DNA of 64,000 nt, from assembly GCA_965247115.1 (NCBI GenBank), contig CBDFGR010000003.1, forward strand, positions 2,176,001 through 2,240,000, in the 5' to 3' direction. Each line of letters opens with the position of its first letter. Position 1 is the stretch's first letter. The translations under genes were made by a program, and so were the position numbers. Below, piece after piece: positions 60,731 through 64,000 of this stretch. The notes under the pieces were generated by a model. That model was not told where the DNA came from and did not search any database. It saw only the letters and a program-made list of their open reading frames with translations. The stretch is from Myxococcota bacterium (GTDB taxonomy: Bacteria > Myxococcota_A > UBA9160 > SZUA-336).

Positions 60731-60886
60731 GCGAGACGAGTTGGCCTGTCCAAGTTACCGCCGGAATACGGGCGGCTCAGTCGCTGGCGTGGTGGGTCGA
60801 AGTCGATCCACCACGCATGCGATTGGTGGCGCAACGAACTCCTGCGGCGCGGGCGGCTCGGGTAAGGCTCACTGATGGAGAATGTG

Positions 60887-61165
60887 ATGATGACGCTGAG
60901 CAAGATCTTCGGACACCTGTGCATCATCGTGGGCGCCGTCGCCCTCGCAGCTGCGCCTGCGGCCGGAGCGGAGACCGATCCCGAGAGAGCCCTGCGCTCG
61001 CTCTGGTCGATTCCGCTGGATGCCGCCGGGGATGCGATTGCTGCGGGTGGGCGACTCGAGGATGGTGAGAGTCACCTTTCCACCGTCGGCCGGGCATACA
61101 CCACAGGACGTTGGCCTGCACCAGCGCTTGTCCCGCAACCCATGTGGCCGCCTGGCGCGCGGTAA
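60887..61165 (+). CDS. Small secreted hypothetical protein (possibly frameshifted)
   Basis: GGAG SD and signal peptide; the C-terminal part may continue in another frame to 61241. Confidence 0.35.
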   Translation: MMTLSKIFGHLCIIVGAVALAAAPAAGAETDPERALRSLWSIPLDAAGDAIAAGGRLEDGESHLSTVGRAYTTGRWPAPALVPQPMWPPGAR

Positions 61166-61260
61166 CCGCTACTTGTGGGACCGCGGTTGTGGCGACATGT
61201 CCTACGATCTGGTGGACTTCGAAGAGGTCCGAGGGGATTGACCCTGAACTCGGCTCGCGC

Positions 61261-61720
61261 TCAAGAAGTAGGGGAGCCGGCCTGTCTCGCTCCCATGCGG
61301 CGGAGCAGGTCCGCGAAGCGGGGATCCGCGCGGACCTGGGCGTAGCGGGGGTCGGTGAGGACGCTGGGTAACAGCGTCGCGCGCGCGTCGTAGGCACGCT
61401 CCAGCCACTCGAAGGCCTCGTCGGACTCGCCGAGGCCCACGTGGACCAGTGCGGGAGTCATGGGCGCGATCTCGTCCCGCTGCTGTTCATCGATCTCTCT
61501 CAGGAGGTTCCGCGCTTCTGCCTCGTTGCCTGCTTGCACCAGGCAGTAGCCGAGCTCGGCCACGATCACCGGGTCGCTCGTCGAGACGCTCCGGGCTCTG
61601 CGCAGCTCCGCCAGGCCCACGGCAAAGTTCCCTCGCTCGCACTCGAGCCGGCCACGCGATCGGTGCGCGGCTGCGGAGTCCGGGTCCAGCTCGAAGGCTC
61701 GTTCGAACTGCACGATCTGG
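61261..61720 (-). pseudogene. C-terminal TPR remnant of a kinase/cyclase-TolB-TPR-type protein
   Basis: ERAFELDP...EAFEWLERAY...DPRFADLLRRMG; no start codon region. Confidence 0.65.
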
Positions 61721-62049
61721 TCGCCGAGATCCTGGCGATCCAGCATACTGACCACTCGGTGAATCGGGATTTCGACCACTACGGGGGCCATGTCCAGCTC
61801 GGCTACTCCCTCGGCTCCTGGAAGCCGTACTACCGGTTCGACTTCCTGAACACCGAGAGCGGTGATCCGTTCTACACCGACTTCAGTACGGGATCGCCTC
61901 GCTTCGGGTCCGAGGACACGACCCAGCACACCGTCGGCGTGCGCTGGGACGTCCGGACCTACCTGGCGCTGAAGGCCGAGTTCCGCAGGCTGGTGAACTC
62001 GAGCCTGCGCGACAGCAGCGCGACCCTTCAAGCCGCTTTCGCGTTCTGA
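61717..62049 (+). pseudogene. C-terminal remnant of an outer-membrane beta-barrel protein
   Basis: Amphipathic strands (GVRWD, LALKAEF) and terminal Phe (QAAFAF*); 5' part absent. Confidence 0.6.
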
Positions 62050-62063
62050 GACGTTTGCAGCAG

Positions 62064-62525
62064 ATGACCCGCTCGGCCTACCTGCTCCCTGCTCTCCTGA
62101 CCCTGTCCCTGGGCAGCGGGATCGGGAGCGCCTCGCCCGCACGAGCGCAGGACCTGGTCGTCATCGTGAACGGTGCCAACAACGTCTCCGAGGTGTCGGT
62201 GCACGACCTGTCGCGGATCTACAAGCTCTCCCGTCGCCGCTGGCCGGACGGCACACCGATCGCGCTCTACCTGCCACCCCCCACCAGCGACGCGGCGAAG
62301 TTGCTGGCGACGAAGCTCCTCAAGGTGGGCGGAGAGGCGGACATGTTCAGCTTCTATCTCAGGGCGATCTTTCGCCAGAAGATCACGACGGTGCCCGAGA
62401 GCATGCCCGGAGCCCCCCTCGCCATCGAGCGAGTGGCGAGCACGCTCGGCGGGATCGCGCTCGTCAAGCGAGACGACGTTGCGTCGGTCGGGCGCGTCCG
62501 CGTGATCGAGGTCGACGGCCTCTGA
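62064..62525 (+). CDS. Small periplasmic PstS-like binding protein
   Basis: Signal peptide; LVVIVN, LSRIY, WPDG and GGIALV motifs; this type is typically found next to a porin gene. Confidence 0.7.
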   Translation: MTRSAYLLPALLTLSLGSGIGSASPARAQDLVVIVNGANNVSEVSVHDLSRIYKLSRRRWPDGTPIALYLPPPTSDAAKLLATKLLKVGGEADMFSFYLRAIFRQKITTVPESMPGAPLAIERVASTLGGIALVKRDDVASVGRVRVIEVDGL

Positions 62526-62578
62526 GCGGACCATGTACCCTTGATGCTCGTCCCTAGCCACATCGGGAGGTTCGCGGC

Positions 62579-63721
62579 ATGCGCGTGGGTACCTGCTTCT
62601 TTGTCCAGAACTACGACGACTGGGACCGCTTCGAGGCCGAGGAGCGCGGCGAGGAGGTAGCGGAGCGACCCGCGACCTCAGATCGCTCGATCTTTCTCGA
62701 CGAGATCGGGTTGGCACAGATCGCGGACGAGCTTGGCTTCGACAGTCTGTGGACCATCGAGCACCACTTCACCCCGTACACGATGGTGACCAACCCGCTG
62801 CAGCTTCTGACCTACCTCGCGGGCGTGACCAAGTCGGTCGATCTCGGAACCATGGTCGTGGTTCTCCCCTGGCACAACCCGGTGCGGGTGGCCGAGGACG
62901 TGAACATGCTCGACGCGCTGCTCGGGCCCGACCGCGAGATCCTTTGCGGCGTCGGGCGCGGTCTCGGCCGCCGCGAGTACCAGGGCCTGAGCGTGGATCA
63001 GAACGAGGCGCGCGGGCGCTTCGATGAGGGCCTGCAGATCCTCCACGAGCTCCTGCGGACCGGCCACTGCACATTCCAGGGTGAGCACTTCCAGGTCAAG
63101 GACGTCCGGCTCCGGCCGCAGCCCGACCGCGATCTGAGCCAGCAGCTCTATTGCGCGGGAGGCACGGCCGAGACGGTCCAGATCATCGCGAAGCACGACG
63201 TCAAGCCGCTCGTCATTCCCACCATGTCCCTGGACCTGGCACAACAGAATTCACGCGACTACGCAAACCTGCGCAAGGAGGCGGGACACGGCCCGGCCCA
63301 CACCAAGCTGGCGCTCTGGACCTACTGCGCCGACTCCCGGGCCGAGGCCGAGTCGACCGCAGAGAAGTACATCATGCAGTACACGGACTCCGCGTTGCGA
63401 CACTACGAGCTGCTCGGAACGCACCTGAAGGACATCAAGGGGTACGAGACCCACGCTGCGACCGCCGATGCACTGCGAGCGGACCCGACGAGCTTTCTGC
63501 GCGGTTTTTTGAAGGGTCACCCCTGGGGCACACCGGACGACATCATCACCCAGACAAAGGATCTGGCCGCTGCGTTTGGCACCTCGGAGATCATGTTCAT
63601 CTTCAAGTACGGCGGGATCCCCATGCAGCAGGCGGAGCGGAGCATGCGGTTGTTTGCCGACGAGGTAATGCCGGCGCTGAAGGAGTTCCACCCCGGCCCG
63701 GTCGAGCCCTCGCTGAGCTGA
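62579..63721 (+). CDS. LLM-class flavin-dependent oxidoreductase
   Basis: GFDSLWTIEHHF, NPVRVAE, GVGRG and FADEVMP motifs. Confidence 0.9.
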   Translation: MRVGTCFFVQNYDDWDRFEAEERGEEVAERPATSDRSIFLDEIGLAQIADELGFDSLWTIEHHFTPYTMVTNPLQLLTYLAGVTKSVDLGTMVVVLPWHNPVRVAEDVNMLDALLGPDREILCGVGRGLGRREYQGLSVDQNEARGRFDEGLQILHELLRTGHCTFQGEHFQVKDVRLRPQPDRDLSQQLYCAGGTAETVQIIAKHDVKPLVIPTMSLDLAQQNSRDYANLRKEAGHGPAHTKLALWTYCADSRAEAESTAEKYIMQYTDSALRHYELLGTHLKDIKGYETHAATADALRADPTSFLRGFLKGHPWGTPDDIITQTKDLAAAFGTSEIMFIFKYGGIPMQQAERSMRLFADEVMPALKEFHPGPVEPSLS

Positions 63722-63749
63722 CCCTGCGCTACGAAAGGGAGACGTCATC

Positions 63750-64000
63750 ATGTCGAGGCTATCGGAAGACCCGAGAATCGATCCGCGTCTGAAGAAGGTA
63801 TTCGCTGCTCTCCCCGACTTCGCCAACCCCGGCGACGTCCCGAGCCGCGAGAAGCTCCTGGAGTTTGCGAACTCCGACGAACAACGGGCCGCGGCGGCTG
63901 GCCTGCGGGCATTCCTCGCGATGTGTGATACCGAGGAAATCGCTCCTTCGGAAGGTCTCACGGTCACCACCAGGACGTTCATCTCGGAACCCGACGGGAA
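63750..64000 (+). CDS. Probable esterase/alpha-beta hydrolase (partial)
   Basis: GGAG SD; MSRLSEDPRIDPRLK...FISEPDG open to the window end. Confidence 0.55.
   Translation, partial: MSRLSEDPRIDPRLKKVFAALPDFANPGDVPSREKLLEFANSDEQRAAAAGLRAFLAMCDTEEIAPSEGLTVTTRTFISEPDG

Overview
High-GC bacterial chromosomal segment; gene content suggests a Myxococcota/deltaproteobacterial-type organism (inference). Positions 1-51000 are mostly housekeeping genes (aroC, mutY, acs, pepP, rnd, proS, hpt, pcrA/uvrD, glmS, glmU, hflX, fabH, gcdH, murQ, mutS2). Positions 51400-64000 are an accessory mosaic with several gene remnants. No rRNA, tRNA or CRISPR array was recognised. Highlights: (1) a frameshifted REP-associated tyrosine transposase (RAYT) bounded by 34-bp inverted repeats, two ~155-bp non-autonomous derivatives, and a second covarying multi-hairpin repeat family; (2) a strand-asymmetric halo of C-depletion in host genes next to these repeats; (3) a bacterial histone with a Lys/Arg-rich N-terminal tail; (4) back-to-back ECF promoters driving an unannotated small ORF or sRNA; (5) an orphan sigma-54 promoter followed by a probable small RNA; (6) a LuxC/LuxE plus class-III aminotransferase operon without luciferase; (7) repeated C-terminal remnants of cyclase/TPR-type genes. 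All calls come from reading the sequence and translations; no searches were run.
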